Origin: an uncultured delta proteobacterium
GTDB lineage: Bacteria; Desulfobacterota; Desulfobacteria; Desulfobacterales; JAFDCJ01
NCBI GenBank assembly: GCA_963769935.1
Contig: CAVYNY010000013.1
Coordinates: 288,001-352,000 of the forward strand
Direction: 5' to 3'
Length of the DNA: 64,000 nucleotides
Below the pieces are notes generated by a model. The model saw only the letters and a program-made list of their open reading frames with translations. It searched no databases and had not been told where the DNA came from. Of this stretch, positions 50,179 through 60,955 are shown piece by piece (the first letter of the stretch is position 1; each line of letters opens with the position of its first letter). The translations under genes were made by a program, and so were the position numbers.

Positions 50179-50484
50179 TCAGACTTTGGATAGGGCGGCA
50201 ACCAACTCGCTCGTCGTGAGGATCGCATGAGCGAAGGTCGGACCATTGATCTCATGGGCTGAATGCATCGCCTCTCGGCTGAAGGCTGCCGTCGCATCCA
50301 TCACGAGGGTAACGTGGCAGCCGAGTTCCATGCCGAAACGGCCGGTCGATTCGATGCCGGTATTCGCTACCATGCCAATGATTATGATCTTTTCGATCCC
50401 ATGCTCTTTCAGCTGGTGGTCGAAATCTGTGTCCGCAAAACCGCTCTGCCCCCAGTGCTCTTTAATATTGGTGTCAATAACAAT
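50179..50484 (-). pseudogene. C-terminal fragment of an isochorismatase/cysteine hydrolase
   Basis: KEHWGQSGFADTDFDHQLKEHGIEKIIIIGMVANTGIESTGR; N-terminus absent; catalytic Cys position reads Gly. Confidence 0.8.
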
Positions 50485-51375
50485 TTACCTGTCCTTTATT
50501 CCTTTAAACTCAAAGCACGGGATGCCTTTGGTTATGAGTTTCAGGCGGAACAGTCCACCCGATTGGGGATAGGCCTTAAGATCCTCGGCAGTCATCAAAA
50601 ATTGGGCCGTAGTCACATACAATTCATCGAGGTTTTCGCCACCGAACGCGCAGGAGGTCACGTTTTTGGCCGGGATTGGATACGAGTCGATTAAACGGCC
50701 ACCATCCGGGTCCCAGCGAGAGACGGCGGCGCCTTCAAACATGGCTATCCAGAGTTTGCCCTCGGCGTCGATGGTCATGCCGTCGGGATAGCCCATGGAC
50801 CCCGGTATATCGATAACGGGTCTGCGGTTTTCAATGTTGCCACTGGCAAGATCATAGTCGAAGGAAACAACCCGACGCGTGGGTGTATCGATGTAGTAAA
50901 GCTTGGTGTGATCAAGACTCCAGACGATTCCATTCGAATTGGTGACGCCTGCAAGCATCTTTTTGACCGAATAATCGGAATCGATCCGATACAAAGCGGC
51001 ACGCGGTTCCGACATGTCCTCCACCACCGTACCGACCCAGAAGCGCCCGGCCGGATCGCATTTGCCATCATTGAATCGGTTGCCGGGGACATCTGTTTCG
51101 ATTTCAGCTGCAGTTTCCAGGCTTCCGGTTGCGGGATCCAGCACGACCACACTTTTTTCCAGCGCGACCAGCAGCTTGCCATCCTGCGTTGGAACCACAG
51201 TTCCAAGGCGTTGTCCTACATCGATCTTTCTGAGATCTTTTGTTTCAGGATGATAGATGTATAGCATGCACTTTTCGATGTCGACAAACAGCAGGCGTTG
51301 GCGATTATAATCCCAGATGCATCCCTCTCCCAACATCGACGACGTATCGATGATCAATTCGGCTGGCTGTCCCAT
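50485..51375 (-). CDS. SMP-30/gluconolactonase/LRE family sugar lactonase
   Basis: LGEG..WD, RFNDGKCDPAGRFW, SNGIVWS, PDGMTID.EG.LW, TSCAFGG. Confidence 0.92.
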   Translation of the reverse strand: MGQPAELIIDTSSMLGEGCIWDYNRQRLLFVDIEKCMLYIYHPETKDLRKIDVGQRLGTVVPTQDGKLLVALEKSVVVLDPATGSLETAAEIETDVPGNRFNDGKCDPAGRFWVGTVVEDMSEPRAALYRIDSDYSVKKMLAGVTNSNGIVWSLDHTKLYYIDTPTRRVVSFDYDLASGNIENRRPVIDIPGSMGYPDGMTIDAEGKLWIAMFEGAAVSRWDPDGGRLIDSYPIPAKNVTSCAFGGENLDELYVTTAQFLMTAEDLKAYPQSGGLFRLKLITKGIPCFEFKGIKDR

Positions 51376-51403
51376 GGCTTTTTTCTCCCCAATTGTTGTA
51401 CAT

Positions 51404-51640
51404 TCACTGCGCAAGGTATCCGCCGGCGACCAGCATGTGACGGCCGACCGCCCGGCAGCAAAGGAAGCACCCTTTGAGGTTGACTGCCGAACCTGGGTTC
51501 CCGCCAGACTCAATGAAATCTTCAGGAAGACCGCGCCGGGTGATTCCCGAAGCGATGACTGCCTTCTGAAGCGGCCCCTTTGCGGAGACGATGGCATCGC
51601 TCAAATCGGCAACCTCGACGTGGATGACCTTGGAAGAATA
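51404..51640 (-). pseudogene. Remnant of an SDR (KduD/gluconate 5-dehydrogenase-like)
   Basis: GITRRG.PEDF...VNLKGCFLCCRAVGRHML. Confidence 0.6.
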
Positions 51641-51737
51641 TGAGTAAACAGCGAGAACGACTATCCGACCCAACAGACGGACAGGGCGGGCTCCTTTCCC
51701 CGGCGAGCGCCGGATCGGAGGAACCGCAACCGGCCCA

Positions 51738-51772
51738 CCACCCATCAGGGGAGCATGCCCCCTGATGGGTGG
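51738..51772 (-). terminator. Perfect 14-bp stem-loop downstream of the sugar-binding protein gene
   Basis: CCACCCATCAGGGG-agcatgc-CCCCTGATGGGTGG; no U-tract, may be an mRNA stabiliser. Confidence 0.65.
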
Positions 51773-51787
51773 AGTTGTATCTCCGTC

Positions 51788-52840
51788 CTATTTCTGGTGG
51801 AAGAAGTACTTCACGTTTTCCTTCGTTACGACCGTCACACCCGTGTCCGTGAGCCACGGACATTGCGGTGCGTTGGCGGCCCGCCAGTCCTTGAAAGCGG
51901 GGATTGTGTTGTGTTTGAGCCAGTAGAGATAGTACAGGGCAACCCACTCTTCCATAACACTGTTCTGGGCCAAAGTATACGCGATCGTCCCATCCTGGAT
52001 GTAGGGCAGCATGTCGTCATCGCGATCCATCGCACCGGCCATGATTTTCCCCGCCTTCCCGGTCTCTTTCAGGGCGCGGGCGGTGGCAGCTCCGGCCGTG
52101 GCGTCGATGCCGATGATCATATCCAGGTCCGGATGCGCCTGAATCAACTGGGTCGCGACGGTGAGTCCGTAGGCCGGGTCTGACTTCTCATCGACCTCGG
52201 CAACAATCTTGATATCCGGATAATCGGCGAACGCGTCTTTGTACCCGGCAACTCGGATCCCGTGGGCCGGGGCAGTTGTGGTCATGAAGGCGACCTTGCC
52301 CTTGCCGTTCAGCATCTTGGCCGCGATTTTGCCGCCCATCCTTCCGACCCCCCGGTTATCGGGCCCCACGAATCCATAGCGCGCACTCGGATCGTCGACG
52401 TCATGGTTGACGACCACGACGGGGATGCCTGCTTTCATGGCCCGCTTCATGGGTTCGTTCAGCGACCGGTCGTCGGCCGGAAAGATCATGATCCCGGCAG
52501 GCTTCCTCGCGATCAGCTCCTCCAGGATTTTCAACTGCGCGACAGCGTCGTATTCGACCGGTCCCAGGTAGTCGGTCTTCACTCCGAGCGCCTTGCCGGC
52601 CGCTTTGAACCCATGCAGTCCATCGAGCCAGAAGGCAATGGCTGTGACCGCTCCCAGCCAGACGTAAGTCTCCTCACTCTGGGCCCTGGCTGGGGTTGTT
52701 GCCGACAACGATAGCCCGGCCGCACCCAGCGCCATTGCCGACCCCGCGATGAACTGCCGCCGCGAGACTCCGCTGCCCGACTGATTTTCCACTTTAGACG
52801 CAGTAGCACTTTTCTCATTTTTGTTGCGGATTTCAGACAT
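51788..52840 (-). CDS. Sugar ABC substrate-binding protein (RbsB/LacI-fold) with twin-arginine signal
   Basis: Start MSEIRNK at 52840 with AGGAG; SRRQFIAG Tat motif; AGIPVVVVN.D, FVGPDN. Confidence 0.88.
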   Translation of the reverse strand: MSEIRNKNEKSATASKVENQSGSGVSRRQFIAGSAMALGAAGLSLSATTPARAQSEETYVWLGAVTAIAFWLDGLHGFKAAGKALGVKTDYLGPVEYDAVAQLKILEELIARKPAGIMIFPADDRSLNEPMKRAMKAGIPVVVVNHDVDDPSARYGFVGPDNRGVGRMGGKIAAKMLNGKGKVAFMTTTAPAHGIRVAGYKDAFADYPDIKIVAEVDEKSDPAYGLTVATQLIQAHPDLDMIIGIDATAGAATARALKETGKAGKIMAGAMDRDDDMLPYIQDGTIAYTLAQNSVMEEWVALYYLYWLKHNTIPAFKDWRAANAPQCPWLTDTGVTVVTKENVKYFFHQK

Positions 52841-52999
52841 AGTAGATCTCCTTTCGTTTTGGTTAAACGTATCTGGGCCAACCCAGACCTCTGTCGGTCC
52901 GACCCATACCTCCCACACGCCAAAGGACCCGCCTGAGAGTCCTTCACTCTTGTTTTTCTCACTTACGCCAACCCATAAGCCATAAGGCTAACGCCCAGA

Positions 53000-54049
53000 C
53001 TAACTCCTTCGCAGTCGGCGGCGCGATATCATATCTAGACTAACGGCGGTCGTAAGAATGGTCCCCGTGACCACCCCTTCCCAATAAATGGATACGCCGA
53101 ACAGGGTTAAGGCGTTGGTTACCAGCGCCATGAAGATCAGCCCCAGCAGCGCCCCGGCTACGGTTCCCTCCCCTCCCGACAAACTGCACCCGCCGATAAC
53201 GCAGGCGGCAATGATCCGCAACTCCACTCCCGCGAAGGCCGTCGGGACGCCGCTTGTGAGACGCGCCATCGAGATGATCCCGGCCATCGCCGAGAAGACC
53301 CCCGATGCTACGAAGGCGAAAAACACAACCCGGTTAACGTTGATGCCGGATAGTTTAGCTGCTTTTGGACTTCCGCCCACGTAGTAAAGTTGGCGCAGCG
53401 CCCTTCCCCGGCGCAGCAAAACGTCGGCTATCAGGACCACCACCACCATTATAAGGATGGGAATCGGCACCCCTGCCAGGCTGCCTTGTCCGATCCAGGC
53501 AAAACCGATGGGAACGTTGATTACGGGGTGCCCCGAGGTGAAGCCGAGCGCGCAGCCGCGAGCGATGGCCATCATCCCGAGAGTGGCGATCAGCGGGTTG
53601 ACCCCGATGCGCGTTACCACCACGCCATTGATCCCCCCGGCAGCTGCTCCGATTGCCAGACCTCCCAAGACCGCTGCAGGCGGAGGCATGCCGCCTTTGA
53701 CCATGAACCACGCCGTGACGATCCCGGAGAGGGCCATTACAGAACCCACCGACAGGTCAAAGTTGCCGGAGATGAGCAGCAATGTCATGCCCACCACGAC
53801 GATGCCCTCCATCGAGAAGCCGCGCGCGATGGCAATGAAGTTCGCAAGACTCAGGAAATAGGGAGAGAAGATCGACATGATGACACATGTCAACAGGATC
53901 AGGACCACCATGGCCATTTCCCGTATGCGAAGGATGTTGACGATTCTCTCTCCTACCCGGCTTCCGATCGACCTTTGAACGCTGCCAGCGTCCGTCGACG
54001 ATGCAGGCGCGTCGGGTCCCTGTACCGCGGCAGAGGTTTCTCTAACCAT
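53000..54049 (-). CDS. Sugar ABC permease (RbsC type)
   Basis: GNFDLSVGS, NPLIATLG, AAKLSGI, ELRIIAACVIGGCSLSGGEG. Confidence 0.92.
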   Translation of the reverse strand: MVRETSAAVQGPDAPASSTDAGSVQRSIGSRVGERIVNILRIREMAMVVLILLTCVIMSIFSPYFLSLANFIAIARGFSMEGIVVVGMTLLLISGNFDLSVGSVMALSGIVTAWFMVKGGMPPPAAVLGGLAIGAAAGGINGVVVTRIGVNPLIATLGMMAIARGCALGFTSGHPVINVPIGFAWIGQGSLAGVPIPILIMVVVVLIADVLLRRGRALRQLYYVGGSPKAAKLSGINVNRVVFFAFVASGVFSAMAGIISMARLTSGVPTAFAGVELRIIAACVIGGCSLSGGEGTVAGALLGLIFMALVTNALTLFGVSIYWEGVVTGTILTTAVSLDMISRRRLRRS

Positions 54050-54068
54050 TGTCGGCCCTCCCAGTTTT

Positions 54069-55592
54069 CTATTCATTATCGATCCTCTCATATGCAGCTT
54101 CACCGTCGACGCTCGCACCCAAGGCATAGGCCGCAACGCGCTCTTCGGTCGCTTGATTGCGGTCCAGCAGGGCCACGAGCCGACCCTCCCGCATGACCGC
54201 CACGCGATCACTCATTCCCAACACCTCCGGCAACTCGGAGCTGATCATGACCACCGCCGCTCCCTCTTTCGCCAGCTTGCGCAGAAGGGTGTGAATCTCC
54301 GCTTTGGCCCCCACGTCGGTGCCGCGCGTCGGTTCGTCAGCAATCAGCACCTTGGGATTACGGGCCAGCCATTTGGCAAACAGCACCTTTTGCTGGTTGC
54401 CTCCGCTCAGGCTTGAAACACGCTGTGCGACACCCCGCGCCTTGATCATTAACTTGCCGATTGCATCCCGCGCAAGCGCATCTGCCTTAGAGCCATGCAT
54501 GAAGACCGGGCCGCTCAAGGCACGCAGGCAGGCGGCCGCCACATTGTCCAAGAGCGACATCTCCAGGAAGAGACCGTCCTGCTTACGATCTTCCGGGATG
54601 TAAGCGATGCCCTCATTCATTGCCTTGCGAGGATCCGTGATTTTGACGGGTCGCCCAAAAATCAGAATATCGCCTCCGGTTATGGCCTCGATGCCGAAGA
54701 TGCCGCGTGCCAGCTCGGTCCGCCCGGCACCGGTTAGGCCGAACAGGCCCAGCACTTTTCCCGAGCGAATGTCCAGGCTCACGTTGGTGTAGCCGGGCCC
54801 GCAGAGATTCCGTACCTCCAGCACCGTATCTTCCCGGCCCCCGTCGCGTGGGGGAAACAGCTGATCCAACTCGCGCCCTACCATCATGTGCACCACGGCC
54901 TCTGGAGATGTGTCGGCCGTTCGGACAGTTCCCACCAGCTTCCCGTCTTTTAGCACGGTAATGCGGTCGGAGATGGCGAAGACTTCATCCAGCTTGTGGC
55001 TGACGTAGATAATACCGACGCCGCGGTCACGCAGCATCCGCAGAACCTGCGAGAGCCGTTCGCTCTCACGCTCGCCGATTGCCGATGTCGGCTCGTCGAG
55101 GATCAGTACGCGGGCTTGTCGCTGGGTCGCGCGAGCGATTTCAACGATCTGCTGGACCGCCACACTGTACCTTCTTAAGGGAGCCCGCGGGTTGACTTTA
55201 ATTCCGAAGACTTCCAGTGCGCGTTCGGTCGCCGAGAACATTTCCTCGAAGCGAACCAGCCCTGCGCCGTTGACCGGCTGGGCATGAGTAAACACGTTCT
55301 CGGCGACACTCATGTTGGGCGCCAGCGCAAGCTCCTGAAACACCGTGCTGATGCCCAATCGTTGCGCATGGTTAGGATCGCGAAGCTTGACCAGCTGGCC
55401 TTCCACGACAAGCTCCCCCCCATCCGGCTGGTACACACCCGCCATGATGAGCATCAGGGTCGACTTGCCCGCTCCGTTTTCCCCCACCAGCGCATGGATC
55501 TCCCCCGGAAGCAGCTCGAATTCGACCTGATCCAGCGCCATGGTGCCAGGGAACGCCTTGGTGATATTGTGAGCTTTAATCAATGCCGTCAT
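54069..55592 (-). CDS. Sugar ABC ATP-binding protein (RbsA type)
   Basis: GENGAGKST, YVSHKLDE, PEDRK, LSGGNQQK, DEPTRG.DVGAK, SSELPE. Confidence 0.95.
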   Translation of the reverse strand: MTALIKAHNITKAFPGTMALDQVEFELLPGEIHALVGENGAGKSTLMLIMAGVYQPDGGELVVEGQLVKLRDPNHAQRLGISTVFQELALAPNMSVAENVFTHAQPVNGAGLVRFEEMFSATERALEVFGIKVNPRAPLRRYSVAVQQIVEIARATQRQARVLILDEPTSAIGERESERLSQVLRMLRDRGVGIIYVSHKLDEVFAISDRITVLKDGKLVGTVRTADTSPEAVVHMMVGRELDQLFPPRDGGREDTVLEVRNLCGPGYTNVSLDIRSGKVLGLFGLTGAGRTELARGIFGIEAITGGDILIFGRPVKITDPRKAMNEGIAYIPEDRKQDGLFLEMSLLDNVAAACLRALSGPVFMHGSKADALARDAIGKLMIKARGVAQRVSSLSGGNQQKVLFAKWLARNPKVLIADEPTRGTDVGAKAEIHTLLRKLAKEGAAVVMISSELPEVLGMSDRVAVMREGRLVALLDRNQATEERVAAYALGASVDGEAAYERIDNE

Positions 55593-55692
55593 GATTCTCC
55601 ACAGGTCAAGTTTCTTTAATGAATAGCTAGTGGTTGCACGAAAACCCGTCTAAATGATCTGTTGGGTTTCGCCCTTGGAAATCACCATTATG

Positions 55693-56490
55693 TCAAAGTT
55701 TGGCAACATGACTGTCGGATTTGCTCATCCCGTATCCGAGACGGTGCGACAAGTCTTCCGCGCCGCGCCGCACCAGCGTTGCCAGCTCATCTTGCCGCCT
55801 TGCGTTCATGCGCATAATCGGTACGGATATGCTCATGGCGGCGACCATTTTGCCCTTGTGGCTGTAGACGGGGGCAGCGACGCAGCGGACATCCAGATTC
55901 GATTCGCAATCGTCGTAAGCAAAGCCGCGCGCCCGGATTCCCGCCATTTCATGCCGCAGACGTTTCAAAGAGGTAATGCTTTTGGCGGTCATCCCCGGCA
56001 ACCGTTCGGTGTTCTCGTAGAGCGCCGTCAATTCATCATCCGAGAGCGCCGAGAGCAGCATTTTGCCCACGGCGGTGCAATGGGCCGGCAATCGGGAACC
56101 CACAGTCGACACCAGCCGTACGGTCTGAGAACTCTCCATCTTGGCGATGAACACCGCTTCCGTGCCATCGCGAATGGCCATCTGAACCGTCTCGTCGCAG
56201 GCTTCGGCAACCTTCAGCGCCACCTTTTGGCCTTCGGCTGCAAGGTCGAGCTGCACGGCGTAGGCACTCCCCAACTCGAAGACACGAATGCCTAAGGTGA
56301 ACCGGTAAGGCCGGTCCTCTATTTGCGTGAGGTAGGCGCTCGCCAGAAGTGTTCGCACCAGTTCGTGCGCGGTGGTACGCGGCAGCCCGAGACGAGCGAC
56401 AATCTCCGGCACGGAAAGTGACCGGGTGCCATCCAGGAACAACTCTAAGACTTCCAGCGCCCGCCTCACCGACGCCCTGGTTTTCGTCAT
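55693..56490 (-). CDS. IclR family transcriptional regulator
   Basis: SVRRALEVLE, HTH, PAHCTAVGK, CVAAPV. Confidence 0.93.
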   Translation of the reverse strand: MTKTRASVRRALEVLELFLDGTRSLSVPEIVARLGLPRTTAHELVRTLLASAYLTQIEDRPYRFTLGIRVFELGSAYAVQLDLAAEGQKVALKVAEACDETVQMAIRDGTEAVFIAKMESSQTVRLVSTVGSRLPAHCTAVGKMLLSALSDDELTALYENTERLPGMTAKSITSLKRLRHEMAGIRARGFAYDDCESNLDVRCVAAPVYSHKGKMVAAMSISVPIMRMNARRQDELATLVRRGAEDLSHRLGYGMSKSDSHVAKL

Positions 56491-56579
56491 ATTGATCCTT
56501 AGTCACTGTTACAAACACGGTTGACAATACAAGGCAGAACCGTTTCAAACCACGATTTCTGCCGTCCTGTCGCGAGTCC

Positions 56580-57650
56580 CTATTGATCGCGCAGGTCTTC
56601 GTTGCAGTTCACGATAACCTTCACGTTGGCACGTTTATTGAGGACACACTCCTCAAAGCCCTTGCTTACCACTTCTTCCAACGAAATCCGGTTGCTGATC
56701 ATCGGGGTCGGGTCAACGCGGCCATCGGCCAGCATTTGGATCGCCTGAGGAAACTCTCCGCCATTGTTCAGGATGCCTATGAGCTCCCTTTCATGGAAGA
56801 CCAAATCGTTTAGATCGAAGGTGGCTGGTTTCTCGAAAATGCCAACTTCAACGATACGTCCCAGCTTACGGGTTGACTGCAGCGCCATGGTGACCGTTTC
56901 CGGTTGGCCGGCCGTCTCGATTGTCAGATCGACACCATCACCGCCCGTGCGCTTTTTGACTTCGGCGACGACATCGATTTCTGTGGGATCAAGCACTTCT
57001 GCTCCCAGTTGCCTGGCCAAGGCGGCCCTCATACCCTTACGAGCAGCCACGAAAACCTTGTGGGCGCCGGAGTGCCTGAGGATCTGCCAGGTTAGCAACC
57101 CCTGATTGCCGGCACCAATCACCAAGACGCTCTCACCGGGGGTCATGCGCCCGCGGCGCAAAGCATGGATGGCAACAGCCGTCGGCTCGCAGAATGAGGC
57201 TTTCTCCAGCGATAGCTCCGGCGGTATGTGAAAGACCCCGTCGGCCGGCATCGTCACATACTCCGCGAACACACCATCCCGTCCTAAACCGAGAAAGGCG
57301 CACTTGTCGCACAAGCTGTACTCACGACGCTGGCACGCCCAACAGGTGCCGCACCAGGTTGCTGAATCGGCCGTTACGCGGTCACCGGCTTTGAATCGAT
57401 CGACACCCGAACCAACCTCCGTGACTAGGCCGCTGAATTCATGTCCCTGGATGAGCGGTGCCGATTTGCCCGTCAGCGGATGTGGCGTAATAGGCATGAA
57501 GATGGGACCCGCTGAATATTCGTGGAGATCTGTTCCGCACACCCCGACCCAGGCAACCTTGATCTTGACTTCACCGGCACCGGGGCTCGGGGCATCGGGG
57601 ACATCTACCACCCGTGTATCCTTTCTTCCGTACCATACAGCTGCTCGCAT
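56580..57650 (-). CDS. Zn-dependent medium-chain alcohol/polyol dehydrogenase (butanediol/sorbitol DH-like)
   Basis: GVCGTDLHEY, GHEFSG, CGTCWAC..C, EP.AVA.HA, GAG. Confidence 0.9.
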   Translation of the reverse strand: MRAAVWYGRKDTRVVDVPDAPSPGAGEVKIKVAWVGVCGTDLHEYSAGPIFMPITPHPLTGKSAPLIQGHEFSGLVTEVGSGVDRFKAGDRVTADSATWCGTCWACQRREYSLCDKCAFLGLGRDGVFAEYVTMPADGVFHIPPELSLEKASFCEPTAVAIHALRRGRMTPGESVLVIGAGNQGLLTWQILRHSGAHKVFVAARKGMRAALARQLGAEVLDPTEIDVVAEVKKRTGGDGVDLTIETAGQPETVTMALQSTRKLGRIVEVGIFEKPATFDLNDLVFHERELIGILNNGGEFPQAIQMLADGRVDPTPMISNRISLEEVVSKGFEECVLNKRANVKVIVNCNEDLRDQ

Positions 57651-57893
57651 GAGTTTTTCCTCCTTATTTTTTATTTTGATACTAATATTCCGGCATCAGG
57701 ACCGGGAATCGCTTTCGGAAATTCGCCAAAACCCGGCAACGGCGGTCTTGATCCACGCCTCAACAACAGGCTCAAATGTACCCGACTAGGCTATCGCGAT
57801 GGGATGAATTTGCGAACCGGTCGCGCCCCGAATACGAAGCGGCAGCGCAATGAACAGAAACTCATACCCGCCGTCGAATTCCCACTATCGGAT

Positions 57894-57960
57894 GTCCGAT
57901 ATTTCGAACGGTGTCCGAAGTACCGAATAGATTCCTATCTGCTTTCGCACCCCCTGTCAA
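57894..57960 (-). promoter_or_regulatory. Candidate promoter with two tandem imperfect palindromes (possible IclR operators)
   Basis: gtccgatatttcgaac (57894) and gtccgaagtaccgaat (57913); TTGACA on the minus strand at 57955-57960. Confidence 0.45.
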
Positions 57961-58103
57961 GTTTTAAATTGGATTTACAGAGGCTGTAACCCCAACATAG
58001 CCAAGGATCAGTTGGGGTTGTAAGCGATGCCCAGAAGGAGCACGGGGGAATTCGGATTATCGGTTCCAATACGTCTGGGATAGAAGCACTAAAGATAACT
58101 TGA

Positions 58104-58424
58104 ATGCGCTACACAGGTCCCATATACCGGCCTCCCAGCGAGGCGGACTCTTTGTTGATCCAGGCAACGGTCGGCTGTCCGCACAATCGCTGCACCTTCT
58201 GCACGGTGTACAAAAACGGTCCCACGTATCGCGTCCGCTCCGTGGATGAAATCAAGGAGGATCTGGCAGCGGCGCGTGACGCCTACGGGCTGAACATCCG
58301 CACGCTCTTTTTCCCGGCCGGCAACACGATTGCCATGCAAACCGACGATCTCTGCGAAATCTGCCGCTATGCCGGACAAATGTTTCCGGATTTGGGTTGC
58401 AGGGCGCAGCATGGTCTTCACTAA
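58104..58424 (+). pseudogene. Truncated radical SAM protein
   Basis: MRYTGPIYRPPSEA.SLLIQATVGCPHNRCTFC (CxxxCxxC); similarity ends after about 97 aa. Confidence 0.8.
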
Positions 58425-58744
58425 GAGTGAAAGGTATCTTGCCACTTTTCATCGGTTTGCTTTTTTTGAAGGGAAACTGCATCTTGCCAAACTCGCAGTT
58501 TTTTGAACCCTCTGTTAATGTTTATTCGTTCCATGGTTTTTTATCGCATTAACCGTATTATTTTTCAACCAGATGGATCAACAATATTCCATTGTTCCAT
58601 TTATCTCCACCTTCGGCGGATGAGCGAAGCGAACTAAGTTCAAAAAAACATCCCACGGACTCAACTTTTCCTGCAACATTGCCGATATATCAAATGACCT
58701 TTAATTTAAACCGGCAACGGTTCATCAGATTGTAGGGGAAAAAG

Positions 58745-60064
58745 ATGAGGATTTTAATCGTGGATGATGAAATGGTCAGCCGCACCAAGCTGGAGCTGAT
58801 CATGGAATACTTCGGCGACTGCCGGACGGCAGATCACGGCGACGATGCCCTGGCGGCGTTTCACGAAGCCCATCGGGAAGAGAACCCATTTGATTTGATC
58901 ATGCTCGATATCAATCTGCCGGGCATGGACGGCATCCAGCTGCTTTCCGCCATCAGGAATGCCGAAAAGGATCTCACCATCGAAAAATCGCACCGGGCCA
59001 AGATCCTGATGACCACCTCTTACCGGGACAAAGACCGTATTGTCGCCAGCGTCCAGTCCGGTTGTGACGACTATATCGGCAAACCCTTCGATCTGAACCT
59101 GATCCGCCATAAGCTCAGCAAACTGGGCATAAAGGAACGCAGCCCTTCAGCTGGAGCAAACGCAGCCGGCCGTGCGTCTCCGACAACCACCGACCAGCTT
59201 TACGGTGAGATCGTAGACCAGATCAATAAAAATCAAACCGATTTGCCGTCGCTACCCAAAATATACCTGCGCTTTCGCGAACTGATGGCCCGCAAGGCGA
59301 CTTTCAATGAAATTGTCGGCCTGCTTAAAAAAGATATCGCGATTGCGGCGGAAATCATCCGGCGGTCAAACTCAGCCTACTATAAAGGGTTTGCAAACAA
59401 CACCACTCTGGAGCAAGCCGTCGCCCGCATGGGATACGACGCGGTCGTGCAGGTGGTTACGGAGCTGTCTTTCCGCAAATTTTTCACCATGAAGATGGAA
59501 AAATACCGCTCCCTGATCGAAAATTTATGGAAGCACTCGATCTCAAGCGCCTATGCCGCCGAATTCATAGCGAAACTGCTGAAGTTTGATTTGAAAGTCG
59601 ACCCGTTCCTCACGGCCCTGCTGCATGACATCGGAAAATTGGCGCTCCTGCAGATCATAGCCGGCATGGAGCGCAAGGGCAAATTCCACGACGGCATTCA
59701 CCCCATTATGCTGGTCACCATACTTGAGGATTACCACTGCCAGCTGGGGGCGCGCTTGCTGGAAAAGTGGAAATTCGCCGAGGGTTATATTTACACCACC
59801 CTGCACCATAACAGCCCGCATCCAACAACTGAGGACGGCGCCCAGGCCGAGAAAGAATCGGCGTATTGGCAGGAATTGATGGTTGTAAAATTGGCCAGCC
59901 AACTCGCCAACTGGATGGGCTATGATATTGTTGCCAGCGGACCGGCCGACATCGATCTGAACGACGTCCGGCCGCTTGAGCACTTCAACCTGAAACCGGA
60001 TCGTATCGCGGATACAAGGGAGCAGGTAACCGAACGCATGCAGGAAGTTCAGGTCCTGTTTTGA
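58745..60064 (+). CDS. Response regulator with HDOD output domain
   Basis: ILIVDDE, LDINLP, YIGKP; LPSLP, SNSAYY, LWKHS, LLHDIGK. Confidence 0.92.
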   Translation: MRILIVDDEMVSRTKLELIMEYFGDCRTADHGDDALAAFHEAHREENPFDLIMLDINLPGMDGIQLLSAIRNAEKDLTIEKSHRAKILMTTSYRDKDRIVASVQSGCDDYIGKPFDLNLIRHKLSKLGIKERSPSAGANAAGRASPTTTDQLYGEIVDQINKNQTDLPSLPKIYLRFRELMARKATFNEIVGLLKKDIAIAAEIIRRSNSAYYKGFANNTTLEQAVARMGYDAVVQVVTELSFRKFFTMKMEKYRSLIENLWKHSISSAYAAEFIAKLLKFDLKVDPFLTALLHDIGKLALLQIIAGMERKGKFHDGIHPIMLVTILEDYHCQLGARLLEKWKFAEGYIYTTLHHNSPHPTTEDGAQAEKESAYWQELMVVKLASQLANWMGYDIVASGPADIDLNDVRPLEHFNLKPDRIADTREQVTERMQEVQVLF

Positions 60065-60092
60065 CCGTGCACCCCCGGCTCCTACCTGGAAT

Positions 60093-60515
60093 TTAAAGCA
60101 ATCGCGCAATTAATTTCACATCATGGCCCATGGCTTTAAACCGGCAGACGGCGGCGCCGGTTTGATTCTTTTCTTTTGCCAACCGGACGGCAAAGGTCTG
60201 TTCCGGAGGCGCAAATAATTTATTCCATAGATTATTGTTCGCCTGTTCAAATTCAAAGGTTGCCATTTCAAGCGGTCGGCAGAAAAACTGCTCTTCTTCC
60301 GCTTTTAACGGTTCGCGAAAACTTAATATTGAAGCGAGGAATCCGGGGGAAAAAAAACTTTGAAAACAGAAAATGGATTCACTAAAAAAAATAAGACCCG
60401 ACAGGGGACCGGCGATATGCGGATACCCGCCTAAATATTTGCAATTGAATTTGGCGATAATCTTTTCTCCCAGCGCTGCTTCCTTGTTGCGCCAATATTG
60501 CTCGACATCAATCAA
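60093..60515 (-). CDS. Hypothetical protein
   Basis: 140-aa ORF with AGGAGG RBS before TTG. Confidence 0.55.
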   Translation of the reverse strand: MIDVEQYWRNKEAALGEKIIAKFNCKYLGGYPHIAGPLSGLIFFSESIFCFQSFFSPGFLASILSFREPLKAEEEQFFCRPLEMATFEFEQANNNLWNKLFAPPEQTFAVRLAKEKNQTGAAVCRFKAMGHDVKLIARLL

Positions 60516-60634
60516 TTGACCCTCCTTTTACACGGTGATCCGAAGTTTTAAAATTAGCCATAGTTAGGTTAATATTGATATACTAATACGGCAATAATAA
60601 TATGGACTTGCATTGCAAAAATTTAAAAAAAGTA

Positions 60635-60741
60635 TTCACCGCAGAGCTCGCCGAGACCGCAGAGAATAAACAGATCTTTATTTTGCCCTTGCGGATTTTA
60701 CCTCGGCGTGCCCTGCTATCTCCAGCGCAGCGGTCGGTGAA
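60635..60741. repeat. REP-like palindromic element (empty-site version of the 18151 copy)
   Basis: ttcaccgcagagctcgccgagaccgcagag...cctcggcg...cggtgaa. Confidence 0.75.
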
Positions 60742-60955
60742 CTATTGTCTAAACAATAGATTTTTACATTTCACTTATTAGAGCGCTATAAACTACGCCC
60801 TATTTATAAATAACCACCCTAATTTCAGAACAACAGACAACCCCCATCCCATTTTGTTTACGCTCATTTAGGGTTGCATTTTGACCCGTAACAGCGGTAA
60901 TGGAAACATCTTTTCATGATTCGGCCGCTTACCCGTCAGTTATTATCCGGCCTCA

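Noticed and set aside
44166..51640. Prophage, intact integron or defence island
   Set aside because: No integrase, phage structural or recognisable defence genes; the region is mostly fragments
60609..60617. TGCATTGCA as a second PhaR operator
   Set aside because: The 9-bp motif can occur by chance and no PHA-related gene is adjacent
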